A stretch of DNA of 64,000 nucleotides from Mobula hypostoma (Eukaryota): contig NC_086106.1 in assembly GCF_963921235.1 (NCBI RefSeq), forward strand, positions 18,352,001-18,416,000, in the 5' to 3' direction. The notes under the pieces were generated by a model, which searched no databases, was not told the origin of the DNA, and worked only from the letters and a program-made list of their open reading frames with translations. Numbering within the stretch: the first letter of the stretch is position 1; every line of letters begins with the position of its first letter. A program made the position numbers and the translations under genes. Positions 48,795 through 61,879 of the stretch are shown here, in pieces.

Positions 48795-50247
48795 GTACCT
48801 CTTCCTATAGATGCTGCCTGGCCTGCTGCGTTCACCAGCAACTTTGATGTGTGTTCCTTACACTTCCTCTCAGGTTTCACAGGCAGGCTTAATTTGAGCA
48901 GGGGACTCTCCCAGTGGAGCTGTGTTACTGGAAAGAATAAACACACTGTTTTACATATGGAAATACAATTTTAACATTGTGCTTTGCACCAACCAACAGG
49001 TTCACGTTTACCACACAGAATGAGACAAAATGAATCAAAACCGAAGGGCAAGAGATGCAGAGACAGCAAGACCCTCTCTTCATTACAGAGCATTTGCCTC
49101 ATGTCAGAAACAGGCTCACTGTAATGATGATTGACTGTTACTGATTGATTTATTGATTATGTTATGGGAATGAGCAGTTCAAATGTATGTACACCTGCAC
49201 TTTATGTTCTGAAGCAGTTGGGAGACTCCCACCAACAACTGAAAGCGTGTTTGCTCAGACTGAGCACAGAAGTTCATCCTGATGACTGTAGTTCAGGTGA
49301 TCAGTTAATTGTGAATTGGCAGCGATAAAGTGGAAAATAAAGAGAAACTAAAAGATGCCACGGACTGCCTTGTCAATGTTCCATCGATGGGCAGAATCCT
49401 GGTGTGGCATGCTGGAGCTGATGTTTGTTGATGAGAACGAAGGCTGCTCAGTGAATCAAGTTTAGACTGAAACAGCAACACAGACTGCAATCTCTGTGGG
49501 AGCTGGAGGGGCGGGGGGCGAGGTTATCAGTGGCCTGGAAACTCTCAGGCCCTGAAGATCAGGGATAATCAACTTGCGCATTCAGAGAGAATCAACAATC
49601 TGCCATTGCGACATTGTCAGCTGATGAGGTCTGCAAGTATAGGTATCTACCAATCCTTTCTTTCTGACATCTGGACAATAAAATGTGTAGTTTTATTCCT
49701 ATAAGAGCCTTGGGCCAGTAGATTGCTATTTGATTTTTGTGTTTACCTTGAATAAAATAACATCACCTGAATTGGATTTGTGTCTCTTTAAACTCTGATT
49801 GATAGATCTCACAATACCTGCAAATAACTGTCCCGAGGAAGGTAGCATGATGGTACTACCTTATTATTTGGGGAATTTTGACCTTTCAGGTGTTGGATTG
49901 GACTGTATAATTGTTATTTGGCTTGTAGTTTAACTTTCTTATGTTTGTTTGTTTTTAAATAATTACCTACATAGATGTAACAGTGGGTTGCCGTTCTATG
50001 CATCTCCTGGAAACTCCCAATTTCAGTGGCAGGTATCACGTTGCTCGAATAGGGACTATCTCTCTGGTTAATTTAAGCAATGGGATTTGAATGGAATGTC
50101 TGCTACCACTATTCAACAGTCATAAGCAATGGGTTTTAATGCCCCTTCTTGACCTCTGAAGAACTCTTCATCAGGACATCAGGACCCAACACAAGTTTAA
50201 GTTTTGATCAATGAATCCATCAGACAGGCTGGGGAACCCAGCATTTG

Positions 50248-50985
50248 GGGTGGCATGGTAGTGGTGAAGTATGTAAAGGGTTAACACCGTCAGTTAAGCA
50301 TAGCAGGCTGTTTTCTCTGAAAGAAACCATTGATGATCGACAGATGTGCTATTCAATGCTGATAAATATTTGTTCTTGAAGTTAGCCAGCTGGTGTTTCA
50401 GGGTCTTTGTCCCTGTGCAATTATGTGCAGAGATAAGACCAGCCTGTTCTGTGTATGAACCATTATGCCTATTCTGTAATTTGTCTTTCGGGAATGTCAT
50501 GGAGTAGGTAAGTCTGGCTCCAGCCTGTCTTGGGTGGGGGTATCTGAATGAATATACCCATGTTGAAAGGGGAATTGTGAGTTAATTGGTGGACTGTTCC
50601 TGTTTGGGCGAATAACTGAGTAAGCCCCAGGTGCATTGAATAAAGAATTTGTACTTATACGGTCTCTGAGTGACTTTATCCAGATTCCACTTCCACAGTA
50701 GTGTAGTGGTTAGCAGAATGCTTTCCTGTGCAGGTGACCTGGGGTTCAATTCCTGTCGCTGCCTGTAAGGAATTTGTAATTTCTCCCCGAGAATGTGTGT
50801 GTTTCCACCGGGTACTCCAGTTTCCTCTCACAGTCCAAAGACAAACCGGTTGGTACTTTAATTAGTCATTATAAATTGTCCTGTGATTAGACTAGGATTA
50901 AATCAGGATTCCTGGGCAGTGTGGTTCGAAGGGCCAGAAGGGCCTATTCCATGCTTTATGTCAATAAATAAATAAAGTAAATAAT
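50248..50985 (+). mobile_element. tRNA-derived V-SINE-like element interrupted by a solo LTR
   Basis: head GGTGGCATGGTAGTG...TAGTGGTTAGC, B-box GGGTTCAATTCC, V-domain-like TTTCCACCGGGTACTCCAGTTTCCTC...CCAAAGAC, AATAAATAAATAAA tail. Confidence 0.7.
50265..50697 (+). mobile_element. Solo LTR
   Basis: TG...CA ends, AATAAA ~55 nt from the 3' end, GTAGTG direct repeats at 50258-63 and 50698-703 (one extra G on the left). Confidence 0.6.
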
Positions 50986-51599
50986 TTACATGGACTTTAC
51001 TGACTTTTTGTCAGGAATTCATTCTAAAATGATTCCTGAGTTTCCTCTCACTCTCCTCCATATGGGAGTCTAGTCCTACTATCAATCACTCTGTCTGAGG
51101 AGCTTCCTTAACGAAGTCCACAGATTCATTCTAATGAATTTAAACCTGCAGTACTGTGCCTTAATTTAAATTGGTCTTACGGATGTCATTCCCATTCCCT
51201 TCACTCTTTCATCACTCTGTGTCTGACGTCTCAAGTGAGTCAGTAAATTGTGCTGTAAACCATTTCAGCACATCATCCCGTTGGACTGAGGCATTGCTTC
51301 CAGATTCCTCCTCTGACCAGACACTTCCTCACCTGCCATTCCCTCTCCTTCTATGACCTGACATCTGATTTATGCCCTGATGGGTCATCCCACACAGCAG
51401 TATCCAAAGAGGTGTATTTGTTGCTGAGGAGAATGGCTACAGGGGAACCTTGCAACGACTGCTGAATCTCCTTACCTCTCCTGGTGGTCACCCATCTACT
51501 GTGTGAAGCCTGTACTCTGGGTGTGACCACCTCTTCAATAGTCTCATCTATAATGTCTTCAGCCTCCTGGATGATCCTGTGTACATCCAACTCCAGCTC

Positions 51600-54300
51600 C
51601 AGTGGAGTATTACACTGGGGTAAAGGGAATTACAGAGTCATGAGAGAGGAGTTAGCCAAAGTTGAATGGAAGGGGACACTAACAGAGATGATGGCAGAGG
51701 AGCAATGACAAGTATTCTGGAGGCAGGATGACATTCTGTGGCTGACAAGGGAAATCAAAGACAACGTATAAACAAAAGAAAGGGCCTATAATAGAGCAAC
51801 AACTAGTGGGGAGTTAGAGGATTGGGATGCTTTTCAAAACCAACAGAAGGGAACTAAAAAAGCCGTAGGGAGAGAAAAGATGAAATATGAAGGTAAATTC
51901 ACAATAGTATCAAAGGGGATACCAAAAGATTTTTCAGATATAGAAAGTGTAAAAGTGAGGCGAGAGTAGATATCGGACTGCTGGAAAATAACACTGGAGA
52001 GGTAGTAATGGGGGAACAAGGAAATGGTGGACAAAATGAATAGATATTTTCCATCAGTCTTCACAGTGGAACACGCTCACAGTTTGCTGGAGGTTTGAGA
52101 ATGTCGCGGGGCATAAGGGGGAAGGTGCTTGGGAAGCTGAAAGGTCTGAAGGTAAGTCAGCCACCTGGACTAGGTGGATTACACCCTAGATTTCTGAAAG
52201 AGGCAGCTGAAGAGATAGTGGAGATATTAACAATGATTTTTTGAGAATCACTAGATTCTGACATGGTTCTAGAGGACTGGAAAGTTGAAAATGTCATTCC
52301 ACTCTTCAACAAGGGAAAGAGGCAGAAGAAAGCATATTATAGGTCATTTAGCCTGGTCTGAGTGACTGGGAAGATGGTGGAGTTGATTGCTGAGAATGAA
52401 GTTTCAGGGTCCTTGGAGTCACATGAGAATTAGGCGGGAGGAGAAGATGGCGGCGTGGCACAGCATGCGCAGCTCTCTGGTGAAATGATATCGCATTTGT
52501 AAGTAGGATGCCGTGCACAATTCTGATTTGATGGAGACAGAGGTGAGAAAGCACAGAGGAACATCTGGAGAAATTTCTGAAATGCTCGGTTCGCTGTCAC
52601 TGCTACTGTGCGATCGAGAATCTCCAGAGGGAAGGCCCCAAAATCCCCGGCTTTGCCTGCTGCTGGCGACTGAGGCTGGGGTTGAAGCGTTCGGCAGAGG
52701 TGGTGCTCGGTACTCGGTGTTGGAGGGCTGATCGGAGCTCGAAGTTTTCTGACGACTCAGAGTCAGACTGTGGTCGGGCATGGCAGGGAGAGTTTTCTTC
52801 CTTCTCCCGTCTGCGTGAGATGTGGGACTTACGAGAGACTTTGAATTTTTTTACTGTGGCATGGCCTGTTCTTCATCAAGTTATGGTATTGTTGCACTGT
52901 TGTAACTACGTAATAATTATGTGGTTTTTGTTAGTTTTTCAGTCTTGGTCTGTCCTGTGTTTCTGTGATATCACACCGGAGGAATATTGTATCATTTCTT
53001 AATGCATGCATTACTAAATGACAATAAAAGAGGACTGTGTGTCCTCATAATCTAATCTAATCTAAATGGCCAAATCAACATGGTTTCCTTCAGGGGAAAT
53101 CTTGTCTGACAAACCCATTGGAATTCTTTGAGGAAATAACAAGCAGGGTAGACAAAGGAGAGCTGGTAGATATTATGTGCTTGGATTTTTAAAAAGCCTT
53201 TGACAAGGTGCCACACATGAGGATGTTTAGCAAGATAAGAGCCCATGGTATTACAGGAAAGATACTAGCGTGGATAGAGCATTGGCTGAATGGCAGGAGG
53301 CAAAGAGTGGGAATAAAGGTAACCTTTTCTGATTGGCTGCCGGTGACTAATGGTGTTCCACAGGGGTCAGTATTGGGGTCTTTTCAGAATTGGATGACAG
53401 AATTGATGGCTTTTTGGTCAAGTCTGCGGACAATATGAAGAAAGGTGCAGGGGTAGGTGTTGTTGAGGAAGCAGGTAGGCTGCAGAAGGACTTCAATTAG
53501 TGAATGGACAAACAAATGTCAGATGGAATATACTGTTGGGAAGTGTATAGTCATGCACCTTGGTAGAAGGAATAAAAGCGTAAACAATTTTTAAACAGGG
53601 AGAATACTCAAAAATCCAAGATGCAAAGGGACTTAGGAGTTCTCGTGCAGAATTCCCTTAAGTTTAAATTGTCGGTCAGTGGTGAGGAAAACAAATACAA
53701 TGTTACCATTCATTTCAGAGGACTAGAATATAAAAACAAGGATGTAATTCTGGGGTTTTATAAGGCATTGGTGTAGTCTCACTCGGAGAGTTGAGAGCAG
53801 CTTTGGGCCTCTAATCTAAGTAAGGATGTGTTGACATTGGGCAGAGTTCAAAGGAAGTTCATGAAAATGACTCCTGGATTGAAAGGCTAATCATATTTGG
53901 AGCATTTGATCACTCTGGGCCTGTACTTGCTGGAATTTAGAAGAATGAGTGGGATCTCATTGAAACCTATCGAATGTTGAAAGGCCTAGATAAGGATGCA
54001 TGTGCAGAGAATGTTCCCCACGGTGGGGGAGTCTAGGACCAAAGGGCACAACTTCAGAATAGAGGGACGTCCATTTAAAACAGAGATGAGGAACAATTTC
54101 TTTAGCAGTTATGGAGGCCAGGTCACTGAGTGTATTTAAAATGGTGGTTGATAAATTCTTGATAAGTCAGGGTGTAAAAGATTATGGGGAGAAGGTAAGA
54201 GAATGGGGTTGAGAGGGAAATGGATCAGCCATGATCAAGTAGCGGAACAGACCCAATCAGCTGAATGGCCTAGTTCTGCTCCAATATCTTATGGTCTATA
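51600..54300 (+). mobile_element. Degenerate CR1 LINE ORF2 with a nested insertion
   Basis: LDFxKAFDKVPH, [21 protein letters not shown] motifs; 3' end TTCTGCTCCAATATCTTATGGTC. Confidence 0.85.
52436..53065 (+). mobile_element. ~630-bp non-autonomous retroposon, copy 2, with (AATCT)n tail
   Basis: homologous to 2052-2720; interrupts the CR1 RT region. Confidence 0.8.
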
Positions 54301-55974
54301 TGGTCACTGAAAGTGGAGTCACATGTAGACAGGGTGGTGAAGAAGACTGTTGGTATTGTGTGTAAAAATTGGGAGTACATGGTGGGATTGTACAAGGTGC
54401 TGGTGAGATTGCATATGGGGTATTGTGTTCAGTTTTTATTTGTCCTGCTGGTGAAAAGATGTTATTAAACTGGAAAGAGTGCAGAAAAGATTTACAGGGA
54501 TGTTGCCATGACTGAGTTAAAGGGAGAGGCTGTCTAAACTAAGACTTTCCTTGGAGTGAATATACAGATTGCAGAACATAGAATTTATTTACAGTTACTG
54601 AGGGGAGTCAAAATAACAGTGAGATGGATGTCTTTCTGCTACTGTACTTGGTTATTAAATCTCTAGCAATCTCCAGCTCAGATCTGGTGAAAAACTCTGG
54701 CTTGCAGGAGACTGAGTGGAGATTTTGTAGAGATGCAAAAAATGAAGAGGGCAATGGATAGGAAAAGTTCCCACAAAATGCTGTCATGTGACGAGCTTGG
54801 ATGGGCATCTTGGTCAGCATGGACGAGTTGGGCCGAAGGGCCTGTTTTCATGTTCCCTCACTCTCTAACTCTACAAATGCAAGTGCAAGTTACCGTGGGC
54901 AATTAACCTACCAACAGTCCTGTAGGATGTGAAAGAAAGACATATTTCAATGTGACATATTCATCTGAAAAGCTCCTGCAGACTCAGGAACTCCTGATGG
55001 TCTGGAATCCTCCTGTGCATTGTTTTACCCACATCTGCCACCCACTCTGTCTGACTGATACACTGACACCCAGTGGCTGTCGGTTGGTATTACAACAATC
55101 AGTTTGACTGAAGCCTGAATATTTGGAGGTGTTCCTCTGACTCCAGTGGTTACAGTTTATCACTGCAAGGTAACAAATGCTTCGTCAAATTGTCTTCAAT
55201 CCAGACACAAGAGTCTGTAACTGCTGGGATCTGGAGCTGCACACAATCTACTGGAGGAACTCAGCGGGTTGAGCAGCATCGGTGGACAGAAGTTGTCGAA
55301 TCCCTGAATGAGGACAGTCCGTGAGCATCGGGGTTACAACAGACAGAATGAAATTACCTAAGTAAAGAAAACCTGCTGATGTTGAAAATCAGAAGGAAAA
55401 ACTCTTGGAAGCACTGGACAGGTAATATAGATTGTACATCAGTGGTGGCGGGAAAGAAATGGAGTGTCGGTGATTAGACTATATACATCTCCAAATATGC
55501 CAACTTATGTATGTCAGTCAATGATCGTCAAAACAACTGTAAAATAGCAAAAGCAGAGTCCAATGAACAAGAGCTCAAATCAAGCTCTATTGAAGATACT
55601 GTATAAATGCAAATTATTGCAAGGTAATGATATATTAACAGAAAAAGCCAGCGAGGGAAAGCAGGGATTGTATAAAATGTCCCATCAGTGAGAAACTGAT
55701 GAAAGAAAACCCTCTCCTTTCCCTGTCTGTCACTTTCAATGTGACAAATTCATCTGAAGAGCTCCTGTAGTCTCAGACCCTTCTGGCACAATGGAATCCT
55801 CCTGTGCACTGTTTCACCCACACTGTCCAGCTGTGTCTCTGTGCCTGACTGTTACACTGACACTCAGAGACTATTACTGCAGCCAGTTTAACTGAAGGCT
55901 CAGGATCTGGAGGTGGTCCTCTGACCCCTAGTGGGTGTAGTTAGTATTGCAGGGTAACAAATTGTTTGAATCAT

Positions 55975-57946
55975 GAGGAAATCTGCAGATGCTGAAATTT
56001 CAAGCAACACACATCAAAGTTGCTGGTGAACGCAGCAGGCCAGGCAGCATCTCTAGGAAGAGGTACAGCCGACGTTTCGGGCCGAGACCCTTTGTCAGGA
56101 CTAACTGAAAGAAGAGATAGTAAGAGATTTGAAAGTGGGAGGGGGAGGGGGAGATCTGAAATGAATTTCTCACCCTCTGAAACTTTTTGATGATTTTAAG
56201 TTCCCTGGCCCCCACCGCTTTATTTTCACCATGGATGTCCAGTCCCTATATACTTTCATCCCCCATCAGGAAGGTCTCAAAGCTCTCCGCTTCTTTTTGG
56301 ATTCCAGACCTAACCAGTTCCCCTCTACCACCACTGTGCTCTGTCTAGCAGAATTAGTCCTTACTCTTAATAATTTCTCCTTTGGCTCCTCCCACTTCCT
56401 CCAAACTAAAGGTGTAGCTATGGGCACCCGTATGGGTCCTAGCTATGCCTGCCTTTTTGTTGGCTTTGGAACAATCTATGTTCCAAACCTCGTCTGGTAT
56501 CTGTCCCCCACTTTTCCTTCGCTACATCAACGACTGCATTGGCGCTGCTTCCTGCACGCATGCTGAGCTCATTGACTTCATTAACTTTGCCTCCAACTTT
56601 CACCCTGCCCTCAAGTTTACCTGGTCCACTTCCGACACCTCCCTCCCCTTTCTAGATCTTTCTGTCTCTATCTCTGGAGACAGCTTACCCACTGATGTCT
56701 ACTATAAGCCTACTGACTCTCACAGCTATCAGGACTATTCCTCTTCTCACCCTGTCTCTTGCAAAAATGCCATCCCCTTCTTGCAATTCCTCCGTCTCCA
56801 CCGCATCTGCTCTCAGGATGAAGCTTTTCATTCTAGGACGAGGGAGATGTCTTCCTTTTTTAAAGAAAGGGGCTTCCCTTCCTCCACCATCAACTCTGCT
56901 CTCAAACGCATCTCCCCCATTTCACACACATCTGCTCTCACTCCATCCTCCTACCACCCCACTAGGAATAGGGTTCCCCATGTCCTCACCTACCACCCCA
57001 CCAGCCTCCGGGTCCAACATATTATTCTCCGTAACTTCCGCCACCTCCCACCACTAAGCACATCTTTCCCTCCTTCCCTCTCTCTGTTTTCCACAGGGAT
57101 TGCTCCCTACGCGACTCCCTTGTCCATTCGTCCCCCCCATCCCTCCCCACCGATCTCCCTCCTGGCACTTATTCTTGTAAGCGGAACAAGTGCTACACAT
57201 ACCCTTACACTTCCTCCCCCTGGACAGTCCTTCCAGGTGAGGTGATACTTCACCTGTGAGTCAGATGGGGTGATATACTGCGTCCGGTGCTCCCGATGTG
57301 GCCTTCTATATATTGGCGAGACCCGATGCAGACTGGGAGATCGTTTCGCTGAACACCTACGCTCCGTCCGCCAGAGAAAGCAGGATCTCCCAGTGACCAC
57401 ACATTTTAATTCCACGCCCCATTCCCATTCTGATATGTCTATCCACAGCCTCCTCCACTGTAAAGATGAAGCCACACTTAGGTTGGAGGAACAACACCTT
57501 ATATTCCGTCTGGGTAGCCTCTAACCTGATGGCATGAACACTGACTTCTCTAACTTCCGCTAATGCCCCACCTTCCCCTCGTACCCCATCTGTTATTTAT
57601 ATATAAACACATTCTTTTTCTCTCTCCTTTTTCTCCCTCTCTCCCTCTTACTATACCCCTTGCCCACCCTCTGGGCTTGTTTTCCCCCCCTTCCCCTTTT
57701 CTTTCTCCCTAGGCCTCCTGTCCCATGATCCTGCCACAGCCCTTTTGCCAATCAACTTTCCAGCTCTTGGCTCCATCCCTCCCCCTCCTGTCTTCTCCTA
57801 TCATTTTGGATCTCTCCCTCCCCCTCTCACTTTCAAATCTCTTACCATCTCTTCTTTCAGTTAGTCCTGACGAAGGGTCTCGGCTCGAAACGTCGACTGT
57901 ACCTCTTCCTAGAGATGCTGCCTGGCCTGCTGCTTTCACCAGCATC
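55975..57946 (+). mobile_element. 5'-truncated Penelope-like element (RT + GIY-YIG) with an inverted terminal repeat
   Basis: MDVQSLYTFIPHQEG...FLQTKGVAMGTRMGPSYA...RYINDC; IYCVRCSRCGLLYIGETRCRLGDRFAEH; at least 2 frameshifts; 56025-56156 is the reverse complement of 57807-57944. Confidence 0.93.
57863..57898 (+). ncRNA. Minimal hammerhead ribozyme motif in the Penelope 3' terminal repeat
   Basis: AGTC-CTGACGA-aGGGtctcggCTC-GAAA-CGTC-GACT. Confidence 0.6.
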
Positions 57947-58849
57947 TTTTTTGTGAAGTGTTCGAATCAAATTGCCTTCAGACAAAATTGGCATCTGAAC
58001 TCCAACAGGAAGAATGAAATCATCACTGAAAGACAACTAACTGCACATGTTGCAAATAAGAGATAGAAACTACTGAAATTACAGGACAGGCAGTGTCTGT
58101 GCATAGAAACAAACTAATATCACAAGCTTTTCACCAGAGCTGATGAAATTAGACATTTTAAGGTTGAAAACTAAGTACAGTATCAGAAAAAAATCCACCT
58201 CACTCTAACGTCCACTCTCCACAATGACCAAGAGACCATGGCACTGCTGCTTGATCTCCCTTAAAATTTGCTTGTCAGAAATAAACAATTCCCCTGGGGT
58301 CATGTTGGGGTTGGGGAGTTTGGAAAGAATGATGTGTATGAGAGGATCTGGGTAGATCAGGATGAGAGAGAAAAGGGGACAGAGGAGGAGAATCTGACCT
58401 GAAATTGGAGAATTCAATATTTGGGATATCGGACTGTAGGTAACTCAAGTGGAATATGAGGTTCTATTCCACTGGCTTGCTTTTAGCCTCTCTGTTGCAC
58501 TGAATGATGCCAAGACCAGATGGCTTGATGTGGCAATGGCCAGAGGAATTAAAATGGCTGCAAGTGGGAGCTATCGATGGCCATTGTGTCTGGAGTGCAG
58601 GTGTTTGTTAAAGTGGTTCCCTAGTTGCTACTTGTGTCACCTTGAGAGCAACAACGGATGAGGTGCCTGGAAATCTGAGCCTCACTGGAAAGACTGTTTC
58701 GGTGATTGAATGGTGGTGAGGAGGTATAGCGGCAGGTGTTACACCATCACCAATTGTAGGGGAAATTCCAGTTGAAGTCGAGTTATCAACAAACCAGTGA
58801 ATCACAGAGAGGGTGGTCCCCGTGGAAAGTAAGTTGGTGGGCAGGGGAT

Positions 58850-59380
58850 GATGTAACTAATGGTGGGATCACATTGTAGCTGTTCGAAATGTCAGTGAAT
58901 GAATTACTGGATGTGAAGGCTGGAGGGATGAAAGGCGAGGAAGCTCTCTCCCTGTTCTGTCTGAGGGAGATGGATTCAATGCAGAATTGTTGTAAGAGGA
59001 GATGTGGGTCAGGTCTCTATCAACCACAGCATGAGAGCGCGTTGAAAGTTGCTGTTCCTTCTGAAAAGACGACATTCCAGATGTCCTGCTTTGGAAGGCC
59101 ACTTCTCGAGAACAGATGCAGCAGAGACGGAGAAACTGAGAGAAAGGAATGGCATCCTTACCCGAATGAATTTGAGAGGAAGTGTTGTCCTGATAGTTAT
59201 GGGAGTCAGTGGTTTTGTAGTAATTGTAAATGGACCAAGAAAGGGGAAGTTGGTGCCGGAAATGGTCCAAGTGAATCTGAAGTTTTTGAGGGAAATGGGC
59301 AATCAACATTTTGGATGAAGGCTCTTCACCTTAACTGGAAGTGTAGAACAGAGATCACCAGTATAAAGAGGTGAGAGAGT
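58850..59380 (-). mobile_element. Old Penelope RT fragment
   Basis: YYKTTDSHNYQD...DAIPFSQFLRLCCICS motifs. Confidence 0.7.
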
Positions 59381-61879
59381 GGGCTGGGACAAGAGCTAGT
59401 TATCTTTGTATCTCCTTTAGTGAAGTGAGGTCCCAGACTTCTGCAAAATTGCTAAATGTTTTTCTTTGTATAAGGACAATCTGTTTCTCTGGATCACTTA
59501 CCCATACTCTCTATTACCATTGCAAAGTCAGAGCTACAGTGCCTCAAAAAATTTTATTCACAGCAAATTATAGGTCATGAGCCTCCCATGAAATGTAGGG
59601 AAATGATGGGAGAAGATTCTCAGGGACAGGATTGACTCACTTTTGGTGAGTATGGACATATGAGGAACCATCAGCCTGGCTTTGTGCATCAGAATTCCTG
59701 CCTTATGAACAACTGAGATTTTTTTGGGAGGTGATGAAGCTGATTGATGATGACAGGGAAATGGATGTTGTCTATATGGGCTTTAGTAAAGGATTCAATA
59801 TGGTCACTCATGCTTGACTTATCCAGAAGATTCAGACTCTTGGGACCCATGGAGACATGGGAGATTAGAGTTAAAATTGTCTTAAAACAAACTGCTGGAG
59901 AAACTGAACAGGTTTGACAACACCACTGCGGGGAATGTACAGTTGATGCTGCAGGTCAAGACCCTGCATCTGGGCTGCAAGAATAGAGGGCAGACAGAGC
60001 AAGAGCTGGTTAGTGATACATGAATCCAACTGAGGACTGGTACAAGGCAGGTGGAGGGAACAATAGGGTGTACATGATGAAATCTGATAGGAATGGAAGG
60101 TAAAGCCAAATTATGGAGATGAGAAAGTCGGGGCGGGGGAGTGAACTCAGTAGCAGTAGGGTGAGAGTGATGACAGTTGGAGTAGTTACAAGAGGGGATG
60201 GACACTGTGCAATCAAGAGTTGGCAGTGGTGTCGCTGGCTGGATGAGTAGGGGAGGATCTGGGTAGACCTGGAGGCCATAGAAAGGGACAGAGGTGGCTA
60301 CATTAACTGAAATTTGAGAATTCATGTTTATGCCGTTGAACTGTAGAATTTTTCTACCTCGGCATCTCTGTTTTATAACCTAATTCTGCTTATACTCTAT
60401 CTCCCTCTCTCTCTTTCTCCCTCCTTCCTTCTATGCACGTATGATTTATCTACCTCTACAATCTTTGCATTTTCATGCTAATTGGTGTCTAACACTGCTG
60501 ACTAAATGTAGTAACATGAAGCAGTTTGCAACAGCAGGACTGCAAATCCAAGTCATCTGTCTCTCACCATTTCTCTGTGTTTTATCGGCTGATTGCAATC
60601 TTGTTGAAGGATGAGTGTTTTATGGATCAGCTTTTCAGAGCTGGGAAAAACAGAAACATGGAACGATTCTGGGAGAAGATGCCAGTGCTGACAGCATAAA
60701 AGGTTGAAACTATGGCTGCAGTGGAGGGTGCAGGAGACATAGAAATGGGCAAGGGATCTGAGTTGAGGATAACAGTTGTAGTAAAAAGAGAACTTGTACT
60801 TTTGCAGCATCTTACTCAATCTCAGGACACCAACAGGACTTCACAGTCAAACACAGTTTTCTTTCTGAAGTCTCTTGCAGGATCAGAACAAGAAAGAATG
60901 ACACTTTTCCCTCCCTGAATGGCAGAGTGGACCTGATAGATTATAACAATTCAGTGGTTTCACATCATCATTTTCCACAATTTATGGCATTTGAATTCCA
61001 GGTTACTTTAATGTAACAAAGCTAATTGTCCCCAGGCATGGTTGGTTTTCAAGCTGTTTCTCTAGATCACTTACCCGCACTCTCTATTACTGTTGCAAAG
61101 TCAAAACTACAGAGCATCAAAAACCTTTATTCACAGCAAATTCAAACTAACTGGAAAAACATCCAACAGTGAACTGTTATTTGCAGCCTAACAAACAAAG
61201 CCACCCACTGGTGAGGGGTTAACATACACACACTGAAGGATCAGTCCAGGTACACTGTGAAAGTCTGCAGTCCCCTAGCAAGTTGCACAGAATCCCCTCA
61301 CTTGCCCTGATGGAGAGTATCCTAAGGAGGAAGTCCAAGAACTCCAAATCTCTCAGGGAATGGAGGCACACAACCTGTTTGTAATCCTGACAAATCATTA
61401 AGCAACACACACAAAATGCTGGAGAAACTCAACAGGTCAGGTCCATTGATGCTGCCAGGTACTCACTACTCTCAGTGTAAAGTTAACTCTCAGATCTCTT
61501 TTTAATCTCTGCCCTCTTATCTTCTATTAGTACCCTCCCAAGTTGGACTCCCAACCCTGAGGAAAAGCCTATGACCATCCATCATATCCACACCCCTCAT
61601 GATTTTACAAACTTCTGAGGTTGTCCTACATTCTCCTGTGCTCCAGATAATAATGAACCAGTATGGCTTACCTTGCCCTATAACTCGGGCCCTCCAGTCC
61701 GGGCAGCATCCTTGTACATCTCTTCTGTACCATTTCCAGCCTGACAATGTCTTTCCTATATCAGAGTGACCAAAACCGTACACAATACTCCAAGTGTGAC
61801 CTCATCAACAAATAACATAACTGCCACATAATCTCCCCACTCCTGAACTCCATGCCCTGACTGGTGAAGGCCAGCATGC

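Noticed and set aside
61075-61126. GGTTTTTGA nonamer-like word with ~23-nt spacing (orphan J)
   Set aside because: The heptamer lacks the essential GTG end and only ~13 nt precede the donor
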